A DNA stretch of 64,000 bases from Candidatus Bathyarchaeota archaeon (GCA_963775465.1 CAVZIW010000001.1:96001-160000), one strand, 5' to 3'; numbered from the stretch's first letter, positions 27,678-37,827 are shown. Notes: generated by a model from the letters alone, not told the origin. Made by a program: numbers and translations.

Positions 27678-28259
27678 TTATTTCACCTAGCAAAGTTGAT
27701 ACAAAAACTAATTTCGGGAATATAGGTTTTATACGTATTTGCTAGATTTCTAAAAATACAACAGAATTCCTAAAGGTCAATCTAGACGTTGATGAAAAGG
27801 AATCAAGTATAAAATGTAGGAATAATGAGAAGGTGCTAAATCTAAAAACGGGTACGACCAACGCACTAAGCTGTGATGATATCACAAGGGGACATGTTGT
27901 AGTGTTTTAACACCAACAACAGTTTAAAGGGTTGATAGAACTTTATTTTGTAATGCGGATTTCGCCGTTTAGTCCTCATGCTAAAACATTCGCCATCTTT
28001 CCTCAAAGACAGCTTATTTTTTGCTTGGATAAACGACGAGTTCCGTTCACGTTTTCAAATTAGTAACTCTCAAAAGAAAGTAGGGAAAAGGGTCGATACT
28101 TAGAACGTCGGCCTTATTGATAATTTGATCAAATTAGATGGAACTGAAAGCAGTCAAAACTCAAGTTCTTGTTTGTATAAGTGAAACACGGGTTAAGGGG
28201 ACTTTCTTTGACTGAATCTTAATTAGACGATACAACTATTATGTACTTGAGGGATTTTT

Positions 28260-29100
28260 TTGGCGACACCTCAAAAGGAAACAAAAAGAATGTTGCCTGG
28301 CGTTGTCGATATTGCTTATGAGCAGTATAAACGTGATTTACAAAGTTATCAGATGGCAAAGGAAATAATGAGTCAGAATGTTGCTACTACAGTTCCAGAA
28401 GCTTCGCTCAAAGACGTTTCTCGAATTATGGGTGAGAAACATATTGGAAGCCTAATCGTAATGAAATATAAAACGCCCGTTGGAATAGTTACTGAACGCG
28501 ACTTACTCAGCAAGGTCCTAGCGTATGGTGAGTTTATAGGAGACGAAAAAGTTGAAGATGTGATGTCATATCCGCTATTTTCAGTTTCTTCTACAACTAA
28601 AATAAAAGAAGTTGCTCAGCTTATGATTAGTAGAAAGGGTAGACTTGCAGTATTTGATGCTGGAACTCTACGTGGGTATTGTGGCCGCTTCAGACCTAAT
28701 CAAAAGTCTGCCTGATGTTGCTGAAACTGAAGTTAAAGTTGATGACTTCATGACCAAAAATGTCATTACTGCCGACGAAGAAGCATTCGTTATCAACATA
28801 GCTAAAATTATGGGTAAACAACGTGTAGGCAGCATCATTATTACACGTGACGATGAGCCATTTGGGATTTTTACTGAACGGGACCTGCTAACGAATTTCT
28901 TGGCCACAGGCAAGTCAATGTATACAGAGTTAGGGCCAGTATGTTCACATCCTTTAATCGTTATTCCCATTGGTGAAAGCGTACATAGAGCGGCAGCCGC
29001 TATGGCACTCAAACACATTAGACGATTGCCTGTAGTTAGAGATGGCAAGTTGATAGGTATTATAACTGCACGCGATCTCGTCGAGGCTTATGCAAAATAA
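28260..29100 (+). pseudogene. Four-CBS-domain protein split by a 1-nt insertion at ~28671
   Basis: Removing the C in CTA-C-GTG joins ...DAGTL to VGIVAASDL. Two CBS pairs (GIVTERDLL, GIFTERDLL, GIITARDL). Confidence 0.8.
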
Positions 29101-29316
29101 TTTTCCTCCTTTTTTGTTTTTGCACTCAATTTTGGTAAATCATCTCAAACAAGTAACCTGCCCAAAACTCTAACTCAGACACGAAGGTGCATCCTACATG
29201 AATAAAGATGTGTCTTCAACGTTGGAATATTGAAAAAATGTAGTAGCAAACAAAATCGAAATCAATTAGAAACGACTTTGGTGATTCGCTTCCGCTCAGC
29301 CTCACAAATTTTATGT

Positions 29317-29706
29317 TCACTCTTTTTTAGATATAAAATAAAGTGCAAACATGTGGTTCTGATATGTCACGGGAACCACAATGACATTAGCATCAAATAC
29401 CTGCCCTGAAGTAGTCTTTAGCTTAACATCCATTGAAGAACCAATCATTTTCTCAGTAGCGTTAAAATATGCTGAAACCACCGCGTCCTGACTCTTCTTG
29501 TCAACGTTTTCTTCCAAAGGATTTTTTATTTTAGCCCAATCCTCAGGCGAAGTATAGCCTAAAAGTGAAGCAAACTTGTTATTGCAAACCTTGTGGTTAT
29601 CATCTAAATAAAGATAAATTGCCTGCTCTGACATGTCAAAAATTAGCTTTAACTGATTATGAAATCCGCTAACAAGCTCTTCATGATGTTTTTGTTCAGA
29701 ACTCAT
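29317..29706 (-). CDS. Stand-alone PAS-domain protein
   Basis: IFD.SEQAIY...CN.KFASLLGY.SPE; RBS GGTGAGG before ATG 29706. Confidence 0.7.
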   Translation of the reverse strand: MSSEQKHHEELVSGFHNQLKLIFDMSEQAIYLYLDDNHKVCNNKFASLLGYTSPEDWAKIKNPLEENVDKKSQDAVVSAYFNATEKMIGSSMDVKLKTTSGQVFDANVIVVPVTYQNHMFALYFISKKE

Positions 29707-29834
29707 ATCCTCACCGATGTTCATGTTTATCTAAAGGTCAGCTCTTAAATGATTGTGGTTGGCAATCAGTAACCACAACCTCTTTCGCGGTCGATCTGCT
29801 TTTATTTTCGACTTCAGATAATAAGAGCCCTCTT

Positions 29835-30365
29835 TTAAATTATGTTTAAGCCATGAAGAATGTGAACGAATATGATTAAGTAAAAAGTAAACGCTAAACC
29901 AGCATGAACAAAACGGTTTGTTGCAGGGTTTAAACGTTGAATTAAGTTAAATCTAAGACATAGCCCAGTTCCAACTAGCGAAACCATTCCAATATACAAC
30001 GCTAAACCTGTGCCAAAGGTAGGGTAGAAATCTGCTGGTCTTCCCACTTGACCTGCAAAATGCATTGAAATCAAAATGAAAGCAATTAGGTTGCCAAACC
30101 CATGGACTCTTAAAAGCAGTTTATACTTTTTTGGGGTCCTTCGTTTCAAGAATGAGAACAGAATCACTCCAAAAGCAATGTAGAGGGTTCCCGCGAATGC
30201 AATGTAGTGAATTATGCGAAACGGACCTACTCGATCAGCAAAACTGAACCAGCGGTTGTAGTATGCAAACATTAAGAAAACGGTCAGAACTATAGCTATT
30301 GTTGCGAGCCAGAGTTCCCAGTTCCTAGTTTCTTTTAGCCTCCAAACTTTTCCCAGTTTATGCAT
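29835..30365 (-). CDS. His-containing membrane protein, paralog of 24234-24734
   Basis: Shared VGP.R..H, GT.YIA, KYK.LLR.H.FGNL, HF.GQ.GR, FYP..GTGLA.YI and TN.F.HA.L. Confidence 0.7.
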   Translation of the reverse strand: MHKLGKVWRLKETRNWELWLATIAIVLTVFLMFAYYNRWFSFADRVGPFRIIHYIAFAGTLYIAFGVILFSFLKRRTPKKYKLLLRVHGFGNLIAFILISMHFAGQVGRPADFYPTFGTGLALYIGMVSLVGTGLCLRFNLIQRLNPATNRFVHAGLAFTFYLIIFVHILHGLNII

Positions 30366-30554
30366 GAATTATTTATCATGATTCCTTTTTATAATTATTC
30401 ATTTTAAAAGCGTATAATCTTTTTTTGAATCTCGAGCAGTATTTCGGTTTTATTTTTTTTAACGATTGCTTCACTTCCACCGCAATGCCCTTTTAGGCAT
30501 GAAGTTTTAATTTATTTGCTTTATCTAACAAAATAAATATTAACAAAAGAAAAG

Positions 30555-30833
30555 ATGATTTCTGTGAGACTAAAAGAAATGACTACTGGCAAATTTGAAG
30601 AAAAAATTGTTAGGCCTTATCTGCCAAACAAAATTGTTCCACCAGAATACATTCGAGACGTATTAAAAGAGGCTGATAATGATTTTCCAACTGTAGATTT
30701 TGAATTTGAGCTCCCTCATAAGTGGCAAAATGATGAATACAAGAACAAATATGAGGAATTAGAACGTCAGATGATTGAAATTCTTTCTTGGCGTGCAAGA
30801 TGGTTTGGAAATAAAGAAACAGATAAAAAATAA
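30555..30833 (+). CDS. Hypothetical protein
   Basis: 92-aa ORF with protein-like composition. Confidence 0.55.
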   Translation: MISVRLKEMTTGKFEEKIVRPYLPNKIVPPEYIRDVLKEADNDFPTVDFEFELPHKWQNDEYKNKYEELERQMIEILSWRARWFGNKETDKK

Positions 30834-30936
30834 ATATCATTATAATTTTTTTCCTTAGACAATAACACCTACGTTCTTGCAGTTTAAAAATTAAATAATA
30901 AAAAGATAAATAGAATAGAGATAGAAAGCTTTTAGA

Positions 30937-31695
30937 TTGCTAATGAAAGTAGGACTTTTTGGATTTGGTAGGGCAGGGAAAGCTGTTGCGACAGTACTGC
31001 TGCAAAGTGAAGAAGTGTATCTTTGCTGGGTTATAAGAAAATCAAAAGGGTTGCAGCATAGATCAGTTTCAGAATTTCTAGGAATTAACAAAGATGATCA
31101 AGGATTAATATTCTCAAAAGATGAATGGACACCCGAGCAGCTTTTCGACAAACACCCTGTGGATGTGATAATCGACTTTTCTTCTTCTAATGCCGTTTTA
31201 TCTTACGGAAAGGAGGCGGCTAAAAGAGGCATAGCCATTGTATCTGCAATTTCTATTTACCCTAATGAAACAATTGAGTTGCTAAAAAACTTGGCGAGGA
31301 AAACAAGAGTACTCTGGTCTCCCAATATAACCATAGGTATCAATTTCTTAATGCTGGCAGCTAAAACTCTAAAAAATATTGCTCCTTTTACGGATATTGA
31401 AGTAATAGAAGAGCATTTTAAAAATAAAAAAGAAGTTTCTGGGACAGCTATAAAAATTTCAGAGTCTTTATCGCTGCTTCATACAGATATTAAATCTGTT
31501 AGAGTGGGCGGTATTGTTGGTCGTCATGAGATTATTTTCGGTTTTCCTTATCAAACAGTGCGTTTAATTCATGAATCTATACAAAGAGAGGCTTTTGGAA
31601 ATGGGGCATTGTTTGCTGCTAAGAATCTTGTCGGCAGAAAAAAGGGATTTTATACTATGGAGAATCTATTAATACCTTTTTTTAATTTGAAATGA
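30937..31695 (+). CDS. dapB: 4-hydroxy-tetrahydrodipicolinate reductase-like protein (divergent DapB)
   Basis: Rossmann GLFGFGRAG, DVIIDFS, SPN.TIG.N, EEHFKNKKEVSGTA, SVRVGGIVGRHEI and REAFGNGA. Confidence 0.75.
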   Translation: MLMKVGLFGFGRAGKAVATVLLQSEEVYLCWVIRKSKGLQHRSVSEFLGINKDDQGLIFSKDEWTPEQLFDKHPVDVIIDFSSSNAVLSYGKEAAKRGIAIVSAISIYPNETIELLKNLARKTRVLWSPNITIGINFLMLAAKTLKNIAPFTDIEVIEEHFKNKKEVSGTAIKISESLSLLHTDIKSVRVGGIVGRHEIIFGFPYQTVRLIHESIQREAFGNGALFAAKNLVGRKKGFYTMENLLIPFFNLK

Positions 31696-31814
31696 CTTCG
31701 CTAATACCTTACCTTTTTTGATATGACGCCGACAACCCATTAGTAGACGTCTATCCAATTCGAATTAAAAAAGAAAAAGAAAAAAGGGCAATTTGTAGAT
31801 TTAGTCAGGTGATT

Positions 31815-32174
31815 CTAAAGCCATGGTGACAGTATGCCAATTCCGATAATTGCCAATATGATTGCTAGTATTGCGATCACTATTGCAAATATAACTACAG
31901 CAACGACAGCGATTACGAACGCTTTTAGCCATCCACAATCAAAGAAATGTTTGATCAATGCCAGCCAGATTATCAGCAATATTATGGTTGCAATCAAGTT
32001 ACCGATGAATGCGCCGACAACTGTGTTTATTATAGTTCCAAGAAATACGATCCAGAGTGCATCGGTGAATTTTGCTTTGTCTTTTCCCGCAATTAGTCTT
32101 CCAGAAATCCAAAGGGCTGGAGATAGCAATATTGTTCCTATTGCTATCTGAATTAATGTGCCTATTAAATCCAT
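31815..32174 (-). CDS. Small integral membrane protein
   Basis: Four hydrophobic segments; LIKHFFDCGWLKA. Confidence 0.7.
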   Translation of the reverse strand: MDLIGTLIQIAIGTILLSPALWISGRLIAGKDKAKFTDALWIVFLGTIINTVVGAFIGNLIATIILLIIWLALIKHFFDCGWLKAFVIAVVAVVIFAIVIAILAIILAIIGIGILSPWL

Positions 32175-32497
32175 AATTTAGCCTCTACTTAGAATTTGTT
32201 TGATTTGGTTAATAAATTTAAGTGCCTACTAAAAACTTGGAAGCCACAATCAAACCCACAAATGCACCTTATGTTTCGAGGATTTGCCTTTTTGTTACTC
32301 AAATCATAGATAATTTCTAATATATCTGCTGCGCCACTTTTTTCGCAATTATTGCTCTCTAATGCAAAACAAAGCCAGTAAAGCATAGAAGAATGAAATT
32401 AGCTGTAGATCTCTTTGCTCTTAGATAATAGGAAATTAATGAGCTATGTGCAAGCCGTAGCAATAGTTTTAAAAATAAAACTTTAACATATTAGAGT

Positions 32498-32878
32498 TTG
32501 GTAATTCTATTGGACAAAGAAGACCAAATATTAGAAGAGTTAAAGAAAATTCGTGCCGCTTTAGAGAAACCCCCAGCACCATCACCCCCAAAAGGTTTAT
32601 GGAACGAATTCAAAGACTTCCTATCAAAATACAAAATCTTCGGGCTTGCCGTAGCATTTATTATAGCATTGTATTTAGGAACACTAGTTCAATCTCTAGT
32701 CAAAGATCTACTGCTTCCAGCAATCGGCTTAGCAATCCCAGGCATGGATAACTTGGCAACAATAACTGCAGGACCATTTGGAGTCGGCGCGTTCTTGGTG
32801 GCTTTGATAACATTCATTATCGTCGCGTTGCTAGCCTTCGTTGCAGTTAAAGTAGTCAAAAAATGGGGCATCGATTAA
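32498..32878 (+). CDS. mscL: MscL-family mechanosensitive channel
   Basis: LWNEFKDFL....GLAVAFII...LVQSLVKDLLLP...GAFL.ALITFIIVA. Confidence 0.85.
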   Translation: MVILLDKEDQILEELKKIRAALEKPPAPSPPKGLWNEFKDFLSKYKIFGLAVAFIIALYLGTLVQSLVKDLLLPAIGLAIPGMDNLATITAGPFGVGAFLVALITFIIVALLAFVAVKVVKKWGID

Positions 32879-32973
32879 TCTATAGCTAAATTATTTTTAG
32901 CTACAACTCTTTTTTTTCAAAAAACTAAAGTAAATTTTCTTATCTTTATTTCCAAAGTAGTTTAAGTTTCCAA

Positions 32974-34191
32974 TCAATGCGTTTCTTTTTCTATTTTGTC
33001 TTTTTTGGCTGACTCGTCTTCTTTCATTTTAGTAGCTGGAGATTTACAAACGTCACACAGCATTTTTTTGAGTATAGGCATGGCAATGAAGGTTGTTAAG
33101 ATAACAGCTATTACAGCTACCGAGTATGATTGGGTTGAAATTAAACCACTGGTTAATCCAAGACTTGCGATTATTAGGCCCATTTCGCCTCTCGGAGTCA
33201 TACTAACACCAATTTTCAATGCATCCAAGTTAGAAAACTTGTTCATGCGAGCAGCTATAAAGCTGCCGATTATCTTTCCTGCAAAAGCTACTGCAGTGAT
33301 TATCAAACCTAATATTGCGTAATCTCCAAGAACGCTAAGGTTAACCAATGTCCCGATTGATATGAAGAAAATAGGTACGAAGAACATGTAAAGACTATGA
33401 GTATTCTCGAGAACCACCCTAACTTTAGGATGTCTTCGTGTCAACGGTAGTCCGGCAGCAAATGCCCCTACAATTAAGGACAACCCAATTGAAGCTGCGA
33501 AGTATGCTGAGACAAAACCGTAAGCTAACATGAAGAGAATTAAATATTCGTCATCAAGTCTTACCGTGTTGATTATTCTAACAATGATTTTAGAGCCGAT
33601 TAAAAGAATAACAACCCAAAACAGGATTGCTTTGACGACAACGAGTACAATGTCTAATGCATTAACGCCTCCAGATAATACACTCAACACAACAGACAAC
33701 AAGACAACAGCAATAACGTCATCCACAACACCCGCACCTAGAATCGTCAACCCTACAGGGTTGTACAATTTCCCAAAATCCTTCAACAAACGTATCGTTA
33801 TTCCAATACTGGTAGCTGTAAACACCACACCCAGAAAAAGAGATTCATCATTTGAAATTCCAAAGGATAATGCAGTATAATAGCACAAAACCAAAGGAAT
33901 AATCGCACCAAGCACACCTACAGTGAGTGATGGCACAATTTGTTTTCTCAAATCCGCTATTTCAGTTTCCAAACCAATATAAAACAAGAGAATAATGGCG
34001 CCCAACTCAGCAAACACGCTAACTGTTGCTTGATCTGAAATTAAATTAAATATTGACGGCCCAACTATGATTCCAACTAAAAGCTCACCCAACGCAACTG
34101 GATAGCCAAACCTTTTGATAAGTAAACCGCCGACGATTGCTGCTACCAATAGTATGGATAATTCAAGCACGAAAGAGGAGGGATCAGCCAT
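32974..34191 (-). CDS. CPA2 cation/proton antiporter (NapA/GerN-like)
   Basis: LGELLVGIIVGP, LLFYIGLE, ATSIGIT, GAGVVDDV, GAFAAG, FVPIFF and PRGE. Confidence 0.92.
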   Translation of the reverse strand: MADPSSFVLELSILLVAAIVGGLLIKRFGYPVALGELLVGIIVGPSIFNLISDQATVSVFAELGAIILLFYIGLETEIADLRKQIVPSLTVGVLGAIIPLVLCYYTALSFGISNDESLFLGVVFTATSIGITIRLLKDFGKLYNPVGLTILGAGVVDDVIAVVLLSVVLSVLSGGVNALDIVLVVVKAILFWVVILLIGSKIIVRIINTVRLDDEYLILFMLAYGFVSAYFAASIGLSLIVGAFAAGLPLTRRHPKVRVVLENTHSLYMFFVPIFFISIGTLVNLSVLGDYAILGLIITAVAFAGKIIGSFIAARMNKFSNLDALKIGVSMTPRGEMGLIIASLGLTSGLISTQSYSVAVIAVILTTFIAMPILKKMLCDVCKSPATKMKEDESAKKDKIEKETH

Positions 34192-34362
34192 AATTTTTCA
34201 CATTGAACTGCTTATTATTTAAATCTAAGCTCCAATTATTTCACATGATTCATTAATAAGGGCATCTCCAATTTTTAGAGAAGTGTTCAAGGTAATTAAT
34301 TTAAGGGTTTTATACGAGCATTTTATAAACGGATAGCGCTAAAATCAAGTGGGGAAACACCC

Positions 34363-34533
34363 TTGGAAAACTGGGTATTTGTCTCTCTCTTCACGTTGGC
34401 TGGCATCCTAGTGATTGCATGTGGCTTAAAGCAAGAGGTAAATTTCGCTTTTATTTCAGTTGGTTTGGTGATCTCAAGTCTTAGTTCTCTAATTCTTGTA
34501 AAAAGATTTAAGAAATGGATCGAAAAAATATAG
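34363..34533 (+). CDS. Unlisted 56-aa two-TM small protein
   Basis: TTG start; MENWVFVSLFTLAGILVIACGLKQEVNFAFISVGLVISSLSSLILVKRFKKWIEKI; TTTTATAAA at 34321. Confidence 0.55.
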   Translation: MENWVFVSLFTLAGILVIACGLKQEVNFAFISVGLVISSLSSLILVKRFKKWIEKI

Positions 34534-34674
34534 CAACTTTGCATCTGTTTCTACGAATAATTCTTCTTTGCAACTTGTCAGTAAACTCTTGAACCAACTT
34601 ATATTTTATCTTAAGGTTTTGATAGCGAGATTAAATCCGATAGAAATTAGCCAAGAAAACAGCTATTCAATACT

Positions 34675-35199
34675 TCATACGATGTATTTACCGCTCTTCT
34701 CAAAATCATGGACAATCTGAATGACACGTCTTGGCGTATACATCGGTCCAAGCGGTAAGTCTTTTAGAAGAATCCAAGGGGATTTTTTTGCAACAATTGT
34801 TGCGATGTGTGTTTTTCCAAAGCTCTTTTCTGCCACAGCAGCAACTTCCTTTCTTACATTTGTTTCGGACATCTCTCCCAATGCGTGTAGATACTCATGC
34901 AGAAGTAGATTGTAGGTCAGAGCGTTAACAGTAGGTTTGTCAGTCATATTTGCTTCAACAATTTCAACTAGTGCACGATTTAAAACAATGTTGTTTGTTC
35001 CAACTGGGTAGTAAGCACCAAGTTGCAGAGGTAGATCATCCAAGAAAAGCATCATGCCATCTCGACGTTTCCCCAAGGCATAAACTGCGGTTTCTTTAAC
35101 AATTTTCCAAACTTCTGCGTAGCTTTTCGCTCTATCTAAACTGGAGCCAAAATGTTCTTCATCTTTAGGGTGAGAAGCCCTCAAAACAGCGTCGTCCAT
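34675..35199 (-). CDS. Conserved archaeal zincin-like protein (HEXXH)
   Basis: LGAYYP.GTN.IVLN...LLHEYLHALG. Confidence 0.75.
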   Translation of the reverse strand: MDDAVLRASHPKDEEHFGSSLDRAKSYAEVWKIVKETAVYALGKRRDGMMLFLDDLPLQLGAYYPVGTNNIVLNRALVEIVEANMTDKPTVNALTYNLLLHEYLHALGEMSETNVRKEVAAVAEKSFGKTHIATIVAKKSPWILLKDLPLGPMYTPRRVIQIVHDFEKSGKYIV

Positions 35200-35314
35200 A
35201 AATAAATCAAAACATTTTCAATCCTTTAAGTGTTACACCTATTTAGAGCAGAAATTAATCGTAAAATTGATAAACAACAACTGCTTCTCTGATAGCGTTA
35301 TAGGTGAAAAATAA

Positions 35315-35737
35315 ATGGCAAGCAATGTCACAGTAAAAGACATCATGACAAAAGATGTTAAAGTGGTAAACAACAACACCGTAATGCAAGAAGTAGTTGC
35401 AATAATGAACAAATATGATAAAGACGCAATTCTTGTTGTCCAAAGCGGTAAACCAACAGGCATAATTACAGTAAAAGACGTTCTAATTCGTGCAGTTGAA
35501 GCAGGCACACCCCTCAAAACAATCATCGCAAGAATGGTCTACACAAACCCACTAGTTGTTATTGACGAAAACGCAACTGTTGAAGAAGCGGCAAAACTAA
35601 TGAAACACTGGAACATCAAACACTTACCAGTCATAGACAAAGCAGGCGCACTCGTAGGCATGGTTGATGACAGGCAAATTGTTTATGCCGTTCCAAAACT
35701 CATGTCTGTGATGGAAGAATTCTGTCGCCGAAAATAA
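35315..35737 (+). CDS. CBS-pair protein
   Basis: VKDIMT, GIITVKD and IKHLPV. Confidence 0.9.
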   Translation: MASNVTVKDIMTKDVKVVNNNTVMQEVVAIMNKYDKDAILVVQSGKPTGIITVKDVLIRAVEAGTPLKTIIARMVYTNPLVVIDENATVEEAAKLMKHWNIKHLPVIDKAGALVGMVDDRQIVYAVPKLMSVMEEFCRRK

Positions 35738-35848
35738 TTTTCCTCCAACTTTAATTTTATTTTTCTAAACCTTAGTTTTTACAATGAGATCAAACTAGAA
35801 TCTAATAATTCGACGATAACTAATACAAATAAAAAGAATAGAAAGAGG

Positions 35849-36139
35849 TTACTGTTTGCTCTCTTTAGCCCATGCTTCTTTAGCTAACTTGGCAATGTTT
35901 TCAGCGTTTGTCTGAGCATTCAAATCGGCTAGAACGTTGTTGATTTCGTTTCTTACGAGCAACGCAATCTCGTTGGTGCGTAGGGGCTCCGGTCTTGTTG
36001 ATTGATAGATACGCAACGCTCGTAAAACAAATTTAACAAACAAGTTGTTGAGCTCATCTTGCAATTCAGTGAGTTCATTTTTGCTTTCAGCCATTTTCTT
36101 GCTATAGGCGTCTGAATCCCTTTTTCCTTCGTTTGCCAT
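35849..36139 (-). CDS. Hypothetical helical protein downstream of pyrG
   Basis: Likely ATG at 36139; coiled-coil-like composition. Confidence 0.6.
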   Translation of the reverse strand: MANEGKRDSDAYSKKMAESKNELTELQDELNNLFVKFVLRALRIYQSTRPEPLRTNEIALLVRNEINNVLADLNAQTNAENIAKLAKEAWAKESKQ

Positions 36140-36198
36140 TTTATATCGGTCCTTTAAGCTCAAGTATGACTTATGCATAATAGGCTTTTCGATAAAAC

Positions 36199-37827
36199 CT
36201 AAGAAAGAGAACGCTTAGCATTATCCAACTTCTTGTCAATGCATGCCCGTATGAAACCCACATATTCAGGTGAGGGTCTTCCAGGTCGACTCCTGAATTC
36301 TCCATGAAATTGCGATGCAAAAAAGAAGTATTTGTTGGGTAACTCCAAGGTTTCCATTCTTCTACCATCACTACTTTTTCCTGTGAAACATATTCCGTTG
36401 CTTTTCAAGGGGTCTATGTAATCGAGGTTAACCTCGAAACGATGTCGGTGGCGTTCATGAATTTCTTCGCCGCCAAACAAACTATGTGCTAGACTACCTT
36501 TTTGTAGCATCACTTTATGGGCACCTAATCGCATGGTTGCTCCTTTAATTTCTATTCCTCTTTGTTCAGGCATTAAGTCAATTACTGGATAAGGTGTATC
36601 TGGGTTAATTTCGGAACTGTTTGCGTCTTTCAGTCCTGCGACGTTGCGGGCAAATTCAATAACTGCTATCTGGAATCCATAACAGATTCCTAAGAATGGA
36701 ATGTCATTTTCTCTTGCATATTTTACTGCCGCTATTTTCCCTTCAGTGCCTCTGGGACCAAACCCATAAGGAACAAATATTCCATCAAAGTTTGAAAGAG
36801 ACTGGATGCAGTCTGGTTCTCGCTCAAACTTTTCTGCTTCTAGGTAAGAAATGCAAACTTTGGTGTTGCAAGCAGCGCCACCATGACGAAGAGCTTCTGT
36901 CATGCTTACATAGCTATCTGATAATCCAGCGTATTTACCTACTAAAGCAATTTTGACTTCATAGGTAGGGTTAATCATACCATTAACAAACACTTGCCAT
37001 TCGCTAAAGTCCTTGCCTTCACAGCTAAGCCCTAAACGTTGACAAACAAAATCCCCCATACCCTGTTTATCGAGGATAAGTGGAACTTGATAAACTGTTT
37101 CGGCGTTATAAGAGCAAAACACAGCGCTCTCGGGTATGGTTCCAAATAACGCGATTTTTCTTAACGCTTCCGCATCAATCATTTTAGGGCTTCTCGCAAC
37201 AATGGTATCAGGTTGGATACCAATGCGTCTCAGTTCATTGACGCTGTGCTGAAGAGGTTTCGTTTTCATTTCTCCCGTAACATCTAAAATGGGAACTAAA
37301 GCCACATGAACATACAAAGTATTCTCGTAACCTTCTTCCACGCGCATTTGTCGAATTGCTTCCAAAAACGGTAAACCTTCGATGTCACCAACTGTTCCAC
37401 CGACTTCAGTAAGGACAATTTCAGCGTTAACCATTTTAGCTGCTTTTTTTATGCGGTTCTTTATTTCGTTAGTTACATGGGGTACGATTTGAACGCATCT
37501 ACCCAGAAAATCGCCATGGCGCTCTTTTTCAATAACGCTTCGGAAGATGGTTCCAGTGGTTAAGTTATTTTCTTGCTTCAGACTCAAATCCAAAAAACGT
37601 TCGTACCAACCCAGGTCAAGATCTGTTTCACCGCCGTCATCCGTTACGAAGACTTCACCATGCATATATGGATTCATGGTTCCAGCGTCGATGTTCACGT
37701 AGGGGTCAATCTTTACAACTGTAGGTTTTAAACCTCGAGCTTGAAGCATTTTTCCAATTGAAGAAGTCAAGATGCCTTTGCCAACTGAACTAAGCACTCC
37801 ACCCGTAACAAAAATGTACTTAACCAT
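36199..37827 (-). CDS. pyrG: CTP synthase
   Basis: KYIFVTGGVLSSVGKG, GETDLDLG.YERF, KTKPLQHSV, GICYG, ERHRHRFE and QFHGE. Confidence 0.98.
   Translation of the reverse strand: MVKYIFVTGGVLSSVGKGILTSSIGKMLQARGLKPTVVKIDPYVNIDAGTMNPYMHGEVFVTDDGGETDLDLGWYERFLDLSLKQENNLTTGTIFRSVIEKERHGDFLGRCVQIVPHVTNEIKNRIKKAAKMVNAEIVLTEVGGTVGDIEGLPFLEAIRQMRVEEGYENTLYVHVALVPILDVTGEMKTKPLQHSVNELRRIGIQPDTIVARSPKMIDAEALRKIALFGTIPESAVFCSYNAETVYQVPLILDKQGMGDFVCQRLGLSCEGKDFSEWQVFVNGMINPTYEVKIALVGKYAGLSDSYVSMTEALRHGGAACNTKVCISYLEAEKFEREPDCIQSLSNFDGIFVPYGFGPRGTEGKIAAVKYARENDIPFLGICYGFQIAVIEFARNVAGLKDANSSEINPDTPYPVIDLMPEQRGIEIKGATMRLGAHKVMLQKGSLAHSLFGGEEIHERHRHRFEVNLDYIDPLKSNGICFTGKSSDGRRMETLELPNKYFFFASQFHGEFRSRPGRPSPEYVGFIRACIDKKLDNAKRSLS

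Larger units (their letters stand above)
24931..27871 (+). mobile_element. Decayed sister element integrated in tandem at rnpB
   Basis: Integrase remnant, CGCTCCGCT motif (25927-25941), hairpin-motif copy (26001-26049) and possible degenerate att (27830-27871), in the same order as in element 1. The right boundary is uncertain. Confidence 0.5.

Noticed and set aside
21050-28675. Programmed ribosomal frameshifting in rep, CDF or CBS genes
   Set aside because: No X-XXY-YYZ slippery heptamer at the junctions; mutation or sequencing error is simpler.
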